The notes beneath the pieces are model-generated. The model had not been told where the DNA came from, did not search any database, and saw only the letters and a list, made by a program, of their open reading frames with translations. DNA of 55,663 nt from Alloascoidea hylecoeti (Eukaryota). Each line of letters begins with the position of its first letter. The first letter of the stretch is position 1. The position numbers and the translations under genes are program-made. Positions 43,777 to 55,655 of the stretch are shown here, piece by piece. The DNA lies in NCBI GenBank assembly GCA_001600815.1, contig BCKZ01000001.1, positions 229,185 through 284,847 on the forward strand, in the 5' to 3' direction.

Positions 43777-46700
43777 TTAACCTTTCTTATTATTATTGAT
43801 TCCCTTAGACTTCTTCTTTTTTGATTTCTTACTTTCATCTTCACCAAGGAATTTAAGAATTTCTTCGACCGATTGTTGTCCAATAACTGGATCAGGTTGA
43901 GGCTTAGGAACAGGTTCTTGTTTAGCCATTGGTGTTAGTTCACGACGAGCTCCAAATAATTCTTGACCTTTAACAATAGCATCAATTTGTCTTTGATATT
44001 TAGCAGCAGAAACTGCATATTCAGTAATTTTATCTAACCAAGTACCAATATCTTTAGTTCTTTGATTATCAGTACCTAAAGCTTCTTTATAAATCTGATA
44101 AGCTTCTTTCATTTCATTTAATGATTCTTTAAATTTACGAATATATAATAAACTTTGTGAATGTTGATATTTCAAAGATCCTAATTCAATAGATTTATCA
44201 CCTAAAATTTTAGATCCTGTATTTAAAGCTTTTTCAAAAAATTGTTCACTTTCTTCATAAAGTTTTAAATTTTGTAACATAACACCAATATTTGTCATTG
44301 TTTGAATTGTACCAGGATGTTCAGATCCATAAATTGTAGACCAATATTTTAAAGCATGAGCAATACAAAATAATGAACCTGCTGGATTTTCTTTTGAATT
44401 TTCATAAAATGCTAAATTAAGATACATGAATAAAGTATCTGGGTGATCAAAACCAATTGTTCTTTCAGCAACAATGATTGCTTTACGACCAGCAGATATA
44501 GCTTTATTGGTTTCTCCAAGTTCTTGATATGTTAATGCCAATGAATTATATGAATGGGCAACATCAGGATGAATCAAACCATAGATTTGTTCATGTAATG
44601 ATGTTGCTTCCCATAGTAATTGTTGACCAACTGGCTTATCACCACTTGCTAATGATCTTTTTCCAGCATCCCAAATTTCATCAACCAGTGAAGATTTAAA
44701 AATCGAATCTTTAATAATTGGAACAATACTAACAATATCATTAGCGGTTAAAGAAACTTTTGGTAAAGATGGAATTGTAATCTTTGATTTACTCTTCTTC
44801 TTTTTATTACCAGGTTTTGTTGATTTTGCAACTTCTTCTGCTTCCTTTGTCCATTTTGCAATTACTTCTTGAGCATCCTTTTCAGTGAAAACATAATCAC
44901 GTTGTTTCCATTGAACACCAATCTTAAGAGAAATTTCACGTAAGAATGGAATTGGTTTTATAGATTGAACCCAATCTTCAGGTAATTTATATCTAAATCT
45001 TGATTCTGCTTCAAATGCAATTTCATTAATAAGTTCTGTAGATGTTAATTTTGTAAAAGAATTATCATAACCAGTATATAAATTTTCAAATTCAGAATCA
45101 ATTTCAACAGTTGGTTCTTTACAATAATCTAAACCTATTAAAAGATTTAAAATATGAGAAATAGCATATGGTAATATAACCAATGGTACATTATTAATAA
45201 TTTTTGATAAAACATGTTTAAAACTTCTTGATATAATTTCTTGTGTTATAATAATTATAAATGATTCAAAAATCTTGTGTTTTGAATTTTTTGATCTTAA
45301 TTCTGATTCTTTTAAAAGTTTACCTAAATATCTTAAATTAATACCACGTTTATGTAACATTTGTGTTAATTGTGCACCATCAATTGGTGATACAGAAAAT
45401 CCAGTTTCAATTTCTGTTATGAAAAGATTAATTAAATCTTCTGATACGAATTTTGAAAGATCTCGAACTAATTCTTTATCTTGTTTAAGTTCTTCAGTTT
45501 CATTGATATCATTTTCATAAAAAACATCCGGATTAAGAGCAAAAAGACCATCTGGAATAGTAATTTGAGGCATCTTTTCTTCATTATCAGATTCTTGATT
45601 GTTGGATTCTTCAGCTTTGGGTTCAGCTTTAGGTTCATCTTTGGATTCAACTTTTGAATCAGCTTTTATATCTTTAGATGCTGATTCAGTCTTTGCTTCA
45701 TTCTCTTTCTTAAATTGTTCTTGTTTTTGAGTAATATATTCAGTGATTTTCTTTCTCCACCATTCAATAACAGCCTCATGTCTAATAACAGGAATTCTAT
45801 GAGGATATGGATTTTCACCAATACAATTCTTTTCAATAAATTCAATATCTAATGGAGTACTTCTATAAAGATCCAAGATATAATTACGACCATCAGTGCC
45901 TTTTAAACCTTTAGTTTCAATTGATGTAACTAATTCATGAGTTTCACCTTTAATATCAACAACTTTATGTGGTTTTAGATGTAAACTTTCACTAATTGGT
46001 TTGAAAAGTTTTGCAAAAGTTTCATCACTACCAATTATATCATGTTCTTCAATTGATCCATAAACAACAAGACTTGCAGGACCAGCAGGAATTTCTTCTT
46101 GAGAAGTTTCATTCTCGTCTTCTGATTGTATTGGAGCAGAAGGAGGTTCAGATTTAAAAATTCCTGGTACAGGAGCTTGAGCAACAATTCTTTTACCACA
46201 ATAATCAACAACAGTTGTTAATAAAGGACAAACACCTTCAGGATCAATTCTATTTAACCATTTAACACCATTTAAATCTTTACCAACGGCATATCTTGCA
46301 GCAGAATCACCACCAAATTTAGAAAATGAACCAACAGAATCGACACCAAATGAATAAAAAATCCCATTAAAAAGATAAATTTGACTTGTTAATGGATCTT
46401 GTGGATTCATTGGTTGAATTTCACCTCTAATAATACCAACAGCACCTTTAACAGCAGAGGCAGTAAAATCAAAAGAATTCTTATTTAATAAACGATCTCT
46501 TAAAAGTCTTTCAGGTAAATTTAATCTTGATAATTCTCTTGATGATTGAAAATCACCATTCCAATCACGTAAATTTTCTAAACCATCAGGACCAGTCAAT
46601 AAAAATTGTTCTTGAATTCTTGTTGGATCAGGTTTAATTGATAATTCATTTGATGTAATCCAATTTGTTGATAAAAATGAATTCGTTGGTTCTAAAATTA

Positions 46701-47921
46701 ATCTTGGATCAATACTTTCAATAAATTCAATATTTTTTTCAAATGATATTTTGAATAATGGTGAAATTGATTCAATTAAAGGAATTAATGAATGATTTTG
46801 TTGAATTTTACCATCTTTTTCTGAAATTTTTGGACTTGGGTCAAATCTATTAGTAGTTGAATTATTAATATAAAATCCTGAAACATTTGAAGTAATATGA
46901 TAAGTAATTCCTTCTAATGTTGTAATTTGAAGGTATAATAAATGTCCTCTTAATCTATTTTGTGCTCGTGGTGGATTCCAATGCGATAATGATAATGCTT
47001 TAATTGGAATTGGTCTTCCGGGAATTGGATTGGGAGCATAAGCATTGATTGGAACACTATTACTATTAATATCATTAATTGCTTCTTTAACTAATTCCTT
47101 ATCAAAAACAATATCTTTTTCTTCTTCTGGTTTAGCTTCTTCATCAGTTTTTTCATCTTTCTTGTCTTCAGATTTAGATTCTTCTTCGGTTTTTTCTTTA
47201 GATTCAACTTCGGTTTTCTCATCTTTTTTATCTTCAGATTTAGATTCATCCTTTTTGGTAGTAGATTCTTCAGATTGTTTAGGAGTTGCTTCTTCCTTTG
47301 TAGCAACAACTTCATTTTCTTGGTCAACATCAACATCGGAAATTTCATCCAAAGATTTAATTGAATTAAATGCAGTAACCCCAGCATTTGAACCAACAAC
47401 ATCAGTTGTTAAACCAATATTTGGAATAGCAGAATTAGTTAATCCAAACAATTCTCTAATTTTCAGAATATGACTACGAGATTCTCTTTCATTATAAGGA
47501 TCTTCTTTTAATTCTAAAATTGAATTATTTGTTAAATTTGGAATTGAAGTTAATTCTAAAACATCATTCAATTTTTCTCCATTAAACCAAAGTGAAAAAC
47601 AAGTATATTGATTTGTAAATGATTGAGAGACAATTGTACTTCGGACATCGCTTAATGTTTCACTTGCTGGAACCACCTTTATTCATTATATGTGAGTAAT
47701 AAAAAACCAACCAATGAAGTGAAAATTAAAAAAAATACATACAACTATTTCCATTTCAAACGGCTCCCTCGGGAGTTTAACCTTTAGGGTTAAAAAATCT
47801 ATCAAACAAGTACGTATATATGGTTAGCTACAACCAATTGCCCTTTTTTGTATAATGATAACAATTAAAACATACCAGAAGGTGGTTGATCTTGCTCTTG
47901 ACCTTGAAATTCTTCGGACAT
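43777..47921 (-). CDS. CLU1: Clustered mitochondria protein Clu1 (Tif31); 3 exons
   Basis: Exons 47921-47876, 47798-47743 and 47676-43777 (both introns start GTATGT). Motifs SHWNPP...RLRGHLLYL, RDWN..FQ, VVDYCGKRIVAQ, GTDGRNYILDLYR, MLHKRGINLRYLG, and C-terminal TPRs. Confidence 0.95.
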
Positions 47922-48178
47922 AATGTTTAATCAAAATTGAAAAAATTGGAAAAATTGAAAAAATATATAGAGATCCCACAAATATATACAATCAAAAAAT
48001 GGGGCGTTATAATCAAATGATTTCTTAATTTAATATGGTTTAATATATACAATTAAGAAAAAAATGAATGAAATTTTTCTGGAAGGGACAAAAGGGACAA
48101 AAAGTAAAAAACGATTTTCATTAAGTGGGGCTACCCGGATATCATCAACATAAATATCTAGAATATAATAACTAATAT

Positions 48179-48938
48179 CTATAAATCTAAGGATTTTCGA
48201 ACAGTCTCTAAAACAGTCCTTTTAAACTCATCTTGATTGTCTCTCCATAGTTTGCAAGCATCGATATTCGCTCCACTTTCATCATTCGGTTCTGTGTATA
48301 AAGTTAGAACTCTTTCTAAAGATCGATATCAATAATATTTTTTTTTCACTCACCTGCTAGCATGCTCATTACACTTATCAAAATCTTTTCAACACTTTGA
48401 ATAGGACTCCATCTTTCCGTTGCCAATTCATACATGTTTGGATCATCTCCTGGTGAATGTAGAATTGAAATACAAACCGTTCCATCAGGGTAAACTTCAA
48501 TATATATAACGATTAATAATTGAGTCAATCCAATTGTAAATTAAAAAGTAACATACTATTAGGGTGAAACATTGGGCAAGTAAATTTCATAGTGGGTGGA
48601 CTTAATGGATAATCCTAAATAAATGATAAATTAATGTTAGAAATTGACCACCAATCATCTATATCTGCTTATACATACCTGTGGAAATGTTAATATTGAT
48701 GGGAATAAACCACCAGCATATGGAGTATCCTCTGGACCTTCTATCAAGCATTCCCATACAAAGAAATTGCTATTATATGGTTAGTAAAATATTAGTTCAT
48801 AAAACCACAAAGCACGTACTCTTCATTTGTAGGACCAGCTGAAATTCCATCAGGAGGATCATTGATAAATTGTTGATATTCTTTCATGAGTCTCCTAAGA
48901 GCCGTGGAGTTTCTTCCTTTTGATTTGCTGGTACTCAT
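48179..48938 (-). CDS. UBC7: Ubiquitin-conjugating enzyme Ubc7; 5 exons
   Basis: Exons 48938-48820, 48769-48679, 48614-48557, 48494-48354 and 48291-48179 splice in frame. Product: [96 protein letters not shown]. Confidence 0.96.
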
Positions 48939-49163
48939 TTTTGAATAAATAGATCCTTAATAAAATTATGTATTGAAGGTTTGGTGGCAGATTTGATATT
49001 ATGAGATGCGCAAAGTAGGGTAAACTTTAATCCACGTGGCTCATATTTCCTTTTTCCGTAAATACATCCGACCTCCTATACTTTTACTCCAATGAAACTA
49101 ACTTTTTTTAAGCAGATTGAAAAAAAACTGAAAAGCTATAAAGAAGGATTATAAAAGCATATT

Positions 49164-51017
49164 ATGATATTAGTGGACGGAGAAAAATACTCTTGTATTC
49201 AGTGTATAAGAGGGCACAGATCTTCATCATGTGCACATACAACTCGGCCATTATTGGAAGTACGACAGAGAGGACGACCAAACAGCGAGTGTAATTACAG
49301 AGTCGTCGCGTTAGCTGATTTGGATCCTAAAAATGTTAGCATTATTAATGAAAGTAAAAAATCAAGAGCAAAATCAGTTGTGAATGATGAAGAAAAACCA
49401 AGTACTAAATCAAATTGTGGATGTGGGAAATCTAGATCTATATCAAAACCACAGAACAAGAAGAATTGTTGTTCATCATCAGCACCAATAAAAGCATACC
49501 AACATCCTATTATAAATTTGACAGCATCAAAGAAACAACTGGCGAATACAAATGGAGGAAAGCTTACGGTCATATGTCCTAATCATGATATAAATAAGTC
49601 ACCCGATAATACAATATCATCCAACATAAATCTTTCAAATAAAAGTTCAAGTTGTGGTTCAGAAAAATGTCAATGTGGGTTTACGAGATCATCTGATCAT
49701 AAACATTTATTATCATCAATAAAATCATTAGGTGAAAAATCAACTGGTAAAGTAACTACTCAAAGAGTCAAACTTCAAAGACCAAAATCTAAAACTAATG
49801 ATTTAATTTTCCTATCTTTTGATCCAAAACAAAATACTTCAGTCAGATTACCTGATACTCCACAGGAATCAAGAAAAAATTCAATAATAACACAAAGACA
49901 ACGACAATCTTCCATAGTTAATTTTAACAACAATTCAAATAATTCATGCTGCTGTGGACCCAGTAGTAGTAATAATATTAAAAATGATGAACTTTATGAA
50001 GATGGTTATAATGCCACAGCACAAAAAATGTTATATTCAACGCATGGAAATAGTTCATACTCATCAATAATAAGTAATAATAGCTTATCAATGGGTACAT
50101 CCATGTCATCTTTAACATCCATGACAGATTCGCGAATGTTAGATTATAACAATGACAATCAATCTCAAGGACAATCACAATTGCCATCACAATCACAAGA
50201 AAAAGATTTATCAACCTCATTATATTCATTATCAAGTAATAATCAAAATATAATACAAAACATCAATAATCAAGAGCAAAATTATATACAACAGATGCCA
50301 GATACATCAATCTATAACATGAATTTAGATAAACAAATTAAAGATGAACTATGTGATTTTGATATGCTATTAAACTTAGGAATAGATCCACAATTTGCAT
50401 TTCCTAATATATTATCGGAACCCGCACTATCGCCCACTACTACAGTTAATATTATGACATCTCAAACACAAACACAATTTCAATTACAGGATCAAAGAAC
50501 TCCGCCATCTGATAATAATGCAAGTACACCAGGAATCTCACCAAAACTATTTGAAATCTTATCAGCACCAATTGAAGATATAAACAATTGTTGTTGTGGT
50601 GATGATTGTAATTGTGAAGGATGTTTAGTTCATGGTAATATTCAACAATTATTAAATAATTGTTATGATAATGATAATAATAATAACAGTAATAATAGTA
50701 GCAGTATTAATAATACACCTAGATCAAGTATAAATAATCAATACTTTAATAATAATAATCAAATGGAATTATATGAAAATATTAATAATGATGATATTGA
50801 AGGAATAATAGATCTTAAATCACCAAGATCTCATAATTCAATGTCAACTATTAAACAAATGATAAAAGATATAAATGGTAATAATAATGATAATGATAAT
50901 AATCATAATAATAGTAATAATCATAATGGTTTATTTGAATTATTAGATGATTGTAATTGTGGAGATAATTGCACTTGTGATAATTGTATAATTCATAATG
51001 AAATTCCGAACTCCTAG
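49164..51017 (+). CDS. MAC1: Copper-fist transcription factor, Mac1 type
   Basis: N-terminal KYSCIQCIRGHRSSSC.H..RP..EVR.RGRP. Two C-terminal CxCx4CxCx2Cx2H motifs (CCCGDDCNCEGCLVH, CNCGDNCTCDNCIIH). Divergent from UBC7. Confidence 0.88.
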   Translation: MILVDGEKYSCIQCIRGHRSSSCAHTTRPLLEVRQRGRPNSECNYRVVALADLDPKNVSIINESKKSRAKSVVNDEEKPSTKSNCGCGKSRSISKPQNKKNCCSSSAPIKAYQHPIINLTASKKQLANTNGGKLTVICPNHDINKSPDNTISSNINLSNKSSSCGSEKCQCGFTRSSDHKHLLSSIKSLGEKSTGKVTTQRVKLQRPKSKTNDLIFLSFDPKQNTSVRLPDTPQESRKNSIITQRQRQSSIVNFNNNSNNSCCCGPSSSNNIKNDELYEDGYNATAQKMLYSTHGNSSYSSIISNNSLSMGTSMSSLTSMTDSRMLDYNNDNQSQGQSQLPSQSQEKDLSTSLYSLSSNNQNIIQNINNQEQNYIQQMPDTSIYNMNLDKQIKDELCDFDMLLNLGIDPQFAFPNILSEPALSPTTTVNIMTSQTQTQFQLQDQRTPPSDNNASTPGISPKLFEILSAPIEDINNCCCGDDCNCEGCLVHGNIQQLLNNCYDNDNNNNSNNSSSINNTPRSSINNQYFNNNNQMELYENINNDDIEGIIDLKSPRSHNSMSTIKQMIKDINGNNNDNDNNHNNSNNHNGLFELLDDCNCGDNCTCDNCIIHNEIPNS

Positions 51018-51549
51018 CATGAACTATATTTTTTTAAAGAAATTACGTCAATGCATACTAAAGGTGAGGACATTAAGATATAATGATAAAAAAAGAACGG
51101 TTAAAAAAAGTTTATTTTGAATGGTTAACGTTATATTATATTACTGATCTGTTTAGTTTCGATATATATTATATATCACTTTAATTTGTTATACAGTTTA
51201 TGTTAAATTGTTTGTTTGTTTGTTTGTTTGTTTTTTGAATCTCCAATCTTATAAAATATTTGAATATCATTGTAACAGATATAGAGCTTAAGTGTGATGG
51301 TAAAATTGATATAACCTGTCTTTTTGATCGGTCAATAGGAGGCGCATGTATTCAATAGTGACTGAATCAAGCATAGTCACTAAAAACCTACTTACGCTGA
51401 AAATGGAACTTGAAGAAACTAATAACGCACAGACAAAAATCTAACTGCCAATTGTATCCATAGGTTTCTGTTTGAGATTGAAACACAAACATATAAAAGA
51501 GAACGCTGAATATTGGCTGAAATGCTTAAAAAAAATCAAAAAAACTGAA

Positions 51550-51621
51550 CTCCGATGCGGGGAATCGAACCCCGAACTGCCCGGTGAAAGCGGACCGTGC
51601 TAGCCGTTACACTACATCGGA
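51550..51621 (-). tRNA. tRNA-Glu (anticodon UUC)
   Basis: TCCGATGTAGTGTAACGGCTAGCACGGTCCGCTTTCACCGGGCAGTTCGGGGTTCGATTCCCCGCATCGGAG folds as a cloverleaf, with a GGTTCGA T-loop and a downstream T-run terminator. Confidence 0.97.
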
Positions 51622-51987
51622 AACTTCTTATATGTTGTGAAGATCCATTCTTGACTCTTTTTCTTTATCTATCTATTTCTTCTTATTCTCTGTTTATCTG
51701 GTTACACTCGTTCCTCTCGTGTTCTCGTAGTTATACTTATTGTTATTATTACGTCTCATGTGATACACTCCAGCATGGCCACAATCACACCTATTATCGT
51801 ATGATATATATATATAAACCAGACATAGCTAGAACTATATAAACCCTCGTTTCCATCTAGTTATCTAGTCTAATTAACTTATACTTGGCCTTTGTCAAGG
51901 CCCTAGTAAGACTCTACAAACCAATAGAATCTCTTACATATGTTATAAAGTAAGCTACTAATGACTTAATAGCTTACAGTAATAAGA

Positions 51988-52320
51988 TATTGGAAAATAT
52001 ATGAAAAGTTAAAAAAAAAAATATTAAGAGTGTCAAGAATACACAAAAATAAGAAGAATAGAAAGAGAGGTTTTTATTTCACTATATATAGTAGAGATTT
52101 CCTCAGAATTTACATGGTTTCTAGTTATATAATTTAATTGGAAAATATATGAAAAGTTAAAAAAAAAAGAAAAATATATGATGAAAAGTTAAAAAAAAAA
52201 AAAATAAATAAATAAAATTTATAAAGATTTAGGAGGGTTTCACTCTATGGGTGATTTTCTCACTTAAATATTATCTGGTTAGATGTTTTAATTGGAAACT
52301 ATATTAAGTACTTAATTTAA
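51988..52320. repeat. Imperfect direct repeats (TTGGAAAATATATGAAAAGTTAAAAAAAAAA), ~150-bp period
   Basis: Copies near 51990, 52137 and 52170, plus a decayed copy near 52290. Confidence 0.6.
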
Positions 52321-53706
52321 AAAATATCAAAAACTTTATTTTTTGAATTGCACTAATTCCTTAATTCCTTAGTCTAAATCTATATACTTCTCTATCACCA
52401 CCATGTATCAACAATAAATTGCTTCAAATCTTCCTAATTATGACATTCTTTTGCTCTCAATACAGAACCACAGTTTTGTGTGTCAAATATCTTATTATTT
52501 TAAATATTAACTCAGTAGTTTCTTTTGAACATGTTTCAGCATGTCGTTGTATTAGCCTCATTAACCTCTGTACTTCAACCATTGCAATTGATAATATAAG
52601 ATAATATGCAAAGCGGCGGCATGCATTTCTAACATACTATAATATCATGATATATATAGATCATCTCAAAATAAATTTGTAATATTTTCTTATCAATATA
52701 CAAACCAACAAAAGTATTAAATTTATCATTGTATCATTTAATAGATATATTGTTGATCTCATATTTTAATAACATAACGCTGATAGTTTTCTTCCAAACT
52801 GTTCCTAATTTTGGAATCCCTTGATTAAATATATTTTGAGATTTTAAAAGTGTTTCTCTCTCTTTCTTTCTTTTCATATAATTAAAGAAGTACTCGTATA
52901 TTTGTTTAACATTTACATTTTCGGGATATTCACTATTCGGGTAAGCATGACTGAAATCTACAGATTCAAACTTATAATTTGTGTTTAATCTCAAAACCTA
53001 CTAAAATTCTAAAACTAGTTCAATATTGATCTGTGAATATATTTTCTTTCATTAAATCAAATCACTTCTTGAAACGCATCAAACTTTCAATAAGAATTTT
53101 TCACCCAAGGATTGAGTATCTATAACCTATAGTTCACTAGTCAATACTTATTTAGATGGAATAATGTAATCATCTATATCTATATCAATTTGCTGAATTT
53201 ACTCTCTCTCCCTCTTTATTAAATAAAAAAAATTCTCTAATTCCTTTTTCATTTCTTCTTCTACCATATTACATGTAAAGTTTAATGAGAGACTTTAGAT
53301 TATCATTATATGCATAATTATATGGCTAATTCTTTGAAACTTAAAATTTTATTTATATGACCAGATTTTACTACTTAGATATATATATAGTACTTCTGTT
53401 TGAAAATATTTACAGGTAGGTATATCTGGAAGCCTATCTAAGTGAAGTTTAAGGTGTAGAAGGATCTGATGTTGCATTTACAATATCTGTAGTCCCTATT
53501 ATAAAGTGTACATGTATATCTCTTTTCCGTTTCCTTTAAAAGACATCTAGGATCTGGATATTAACTACATATAAAGCGGTTATAGGTTTGGTGATGAGAG
53601 ATCTGCGAACGAGTATATGATCACCAAACGAATCAACTCTAGGCCTATCTGACTATGAATCTTATAAGTTATTTTTGGATGCGAAATTGAAATCTTGGTC
53701 ATGTCA

Positions 53707-53918
53707 TGATTATAAACATGATCATGCCTTGATTGTATACATCATACCTTAATTACAGACCTGTTCTTTGATTATAAACATGTGTCTTGATCATAAACAT
53801 GATCTTAAACCTTATTCTTGAGGTTTGTGCTCAAAAACGTTAATCTAGTGATCTCCATCTTTTACTGAATATAAACTTAAATCTGAGAAATTTGTGCTTC
53901 CTCTCTTTACTATATAAG
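53707..53918 (+). promoter_or_regulatory. Metallothionein promoter: 3x TGATYATAAACATG, 2x TTTGTGCT, TATA
   Basis: 14-mers at 53707, 53769 and 53788; TTTGTGCTCA at 53824 and TTTGTGCTTC at 53891; TATATAAG at 53911. Confidence 0.5.
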
Positions 53919-54001
53919 AGGCGCAAAATCTCTTCATTTTTTAAAATAATTGTTCATCTATTAAATACAAATCAAATCGTTATCAAATCACTATCAAAAA
54001 A

Positions 54002-54142
54002 ATGGCCTGCTCTTGTTCTTCTTCTCCAAAATCATGCTCTTGTGCATCAACATGTTCATGCAAAAAAACCCACAAATGTTCAAGTCCAAAGAATTGTTCT
54101 TGTCCTAACAGTTGCAAAGCTGAAAAGAATTGTAAATGTTAA
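54002..54142 (+). CDS. Metallothionein (46 aa, 12 Cys)
   Basis: AAAAAAATG context; MACSCSSSPKSCSCASTCSCKKTHKCSSPKNCSCPNSCKAEKNCKC*. Five CxC motifs, Ser/Lys-rich, no Phe/Tyr/Trp. Below the ORF-track cutoff. Confidence 0.92.
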   Translation: MACSCSSSPKSCSCASTCSCKKTHKCSSPKNCSCPNSCKAEKNCKC

Positions 54143-54704
54143 TTGAAATGTTAAGAATATTCATATATTAAATCTGGATTTATTAAACAACTTATGACTG
54201 AAATTCAAACTTGATTATAATGTTTAACTTATCTGTATTCTTCATTTTTAAAATATTCTTTTATTGTTTGTTAGCTTAATATGTCTGCACTGATATATAT
54301 ATCATCTTATAATAATAAATTCAATTATATAAACAAGTTCATGAATATGTTCAGTAGTAGAAAAATTAAGAGCCGTGGTATCGGTGGCTATTTAACTTTT
54401 TCTGCATATGCACTACTACATAAAAAGTATGCAGATCTTCAATTTAGTATGGGTAACTTTATATGCATGTGCATATGCATATCTTCTAATTTTACCAATA
54501 GATATATATTAATGTTAACGAAATGTATAAAGATTCAAGCACACTTAACTTCTATTTCAGTTTATAAAGATCTATAAAACTGCTGCTATATTAAGAATTT
54601 AAAGGCTCATAAACATATATCATTTATATATTTAGTTATATAATTTATCTTTTGTTTAAATTGGCGTTAATCATATCAACACTTTAAAGTTAGAAATAAA
54701 TAAT

Positions 54705-55655
54705 TTAAAAAGAAAGCTTTGCACCAGCACTACTAGTGACAGTGGAGCTGACCTTGCTAGCAGCAATCTTGGTGTATTTGTAAGAAACACTCATAGAACC
54801 AGTGGAGGTAATTGCATTTGAACCACTACCGAAATCATTTCCTGAGGCAACTGCTTTACCAGTACCATCAACAGAGTATAATGGTTTGTCAGCATCGACG
54901 AAAACATTATTTTCAACTAAGGCTTGTGCACCCTTTCTAACGTTGATACAGTCACTCATGCCATTGTAGTAGTTATTGTATAAATGTGCCTTACCGAATC
55001 TGAGTGATGGACCACGAGAATTCAAGGTCTTAAAGTAGTTGTAAGCATAGGTGACAGTTAAATGTCCACTATCTTCAGCACTGTTACTATCACTGTGTCC
55101 AACAAGGGAGGCTTTGTAGTGATCATGGAGGTAATTGTAAGATAAGGTGATATAATCAGAAGCATGGGTAACATCAAGTAAACCATCATAATAGTCTTTG
55201 CCATTGTTTTTATCAGCGGATAGATCGCAATGGTCAACCCATACATTTGAACTCTTTTGGATACCAATTGCATCACCATTTGCAGCCTTAACCTTTTTGA
55301 TGGTAAGATTCCTTAGGATGACATTTTCAACACTCTTAACGGAGAAACCAATACCAGTAATAACAACACTACTAGATGATGCAACAATTGTCTTATCGGA
55401 AGCGACAACAACTTTATCAGATCCTGAAATAGATTTAGTGATGGTAATGATATATGAGCCACTAGCCTTTGCGTATTTCTTCAGGTCACTTAAGGTTGAC
55501 ACACTAACGCTTGTACCACCAGATCCACCTTTAGTACCTCCATTCAATGAAGCATAACCGAAGGCAGTTTCAGTTAGAGAAGTGGATCTTTTAGAAAGAG
55601 TGTCGGCAAATGCACCAGCGGCGAAAAAAATAGTAGCTAATGATAAAAACTTCAT
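54705..55655 (-). CDS. Secreted pectate lyase, polysaccharide lyase family 1
   Basis: Signal peptide plus KR site, GYASLNGGTKGG.GG, NVILRNL.I, GDAIGI, NVWVDHCDLS (vWiDH), DGLLDV, H.KASLVG, RGPSLRFG, HLYNNYY. Confidence 0.93.
   Translation of the reverse strand: MKFLSLATIFFAAGAFADTLSKRSTSLTETAFGYASLNGGTKGGSGGTSVSVSTLSDLKKYAKASGSYIITITKSISGSDKVVVASDKTIVASSSSVVITGIGFSVKSVENVILRNLTIKKVKAANGDAIGIQKSSNVWVDHCDLSADKNNGKDYYDGLLDVTHASDYITLSYNYLHDHYKASLVGHSDSNSAEDSGHLTVTYAYNYFKTLNSRGPSLRFGKAHLYNNYYNGMSDCINVRKGAQALVENNVFVDADKPLYSVDGTGKAVASGNDFGSGSNAITSTGSMSVSYKYTKIAASKVSSTVTSSAGAKLSF

Noticed and set aside
47045..47473. Ser-rich antisense and alternative-frame ORFs in CLU1 (similar ones in OSH, OPT, PHO88, COY1, MAC1 and the lyase)
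   Set aside because: Shadows of conserved genes with biased codon use.
51597..51842. 81-aa ORF
   Set aside because: GTG start, overlaps the tRNA gene, no recognisable protein features.
53892..54146. 84-aa ORF in the track
   Set aside because: TTG-started alternative frame overlapping the real metallothionein ORF.
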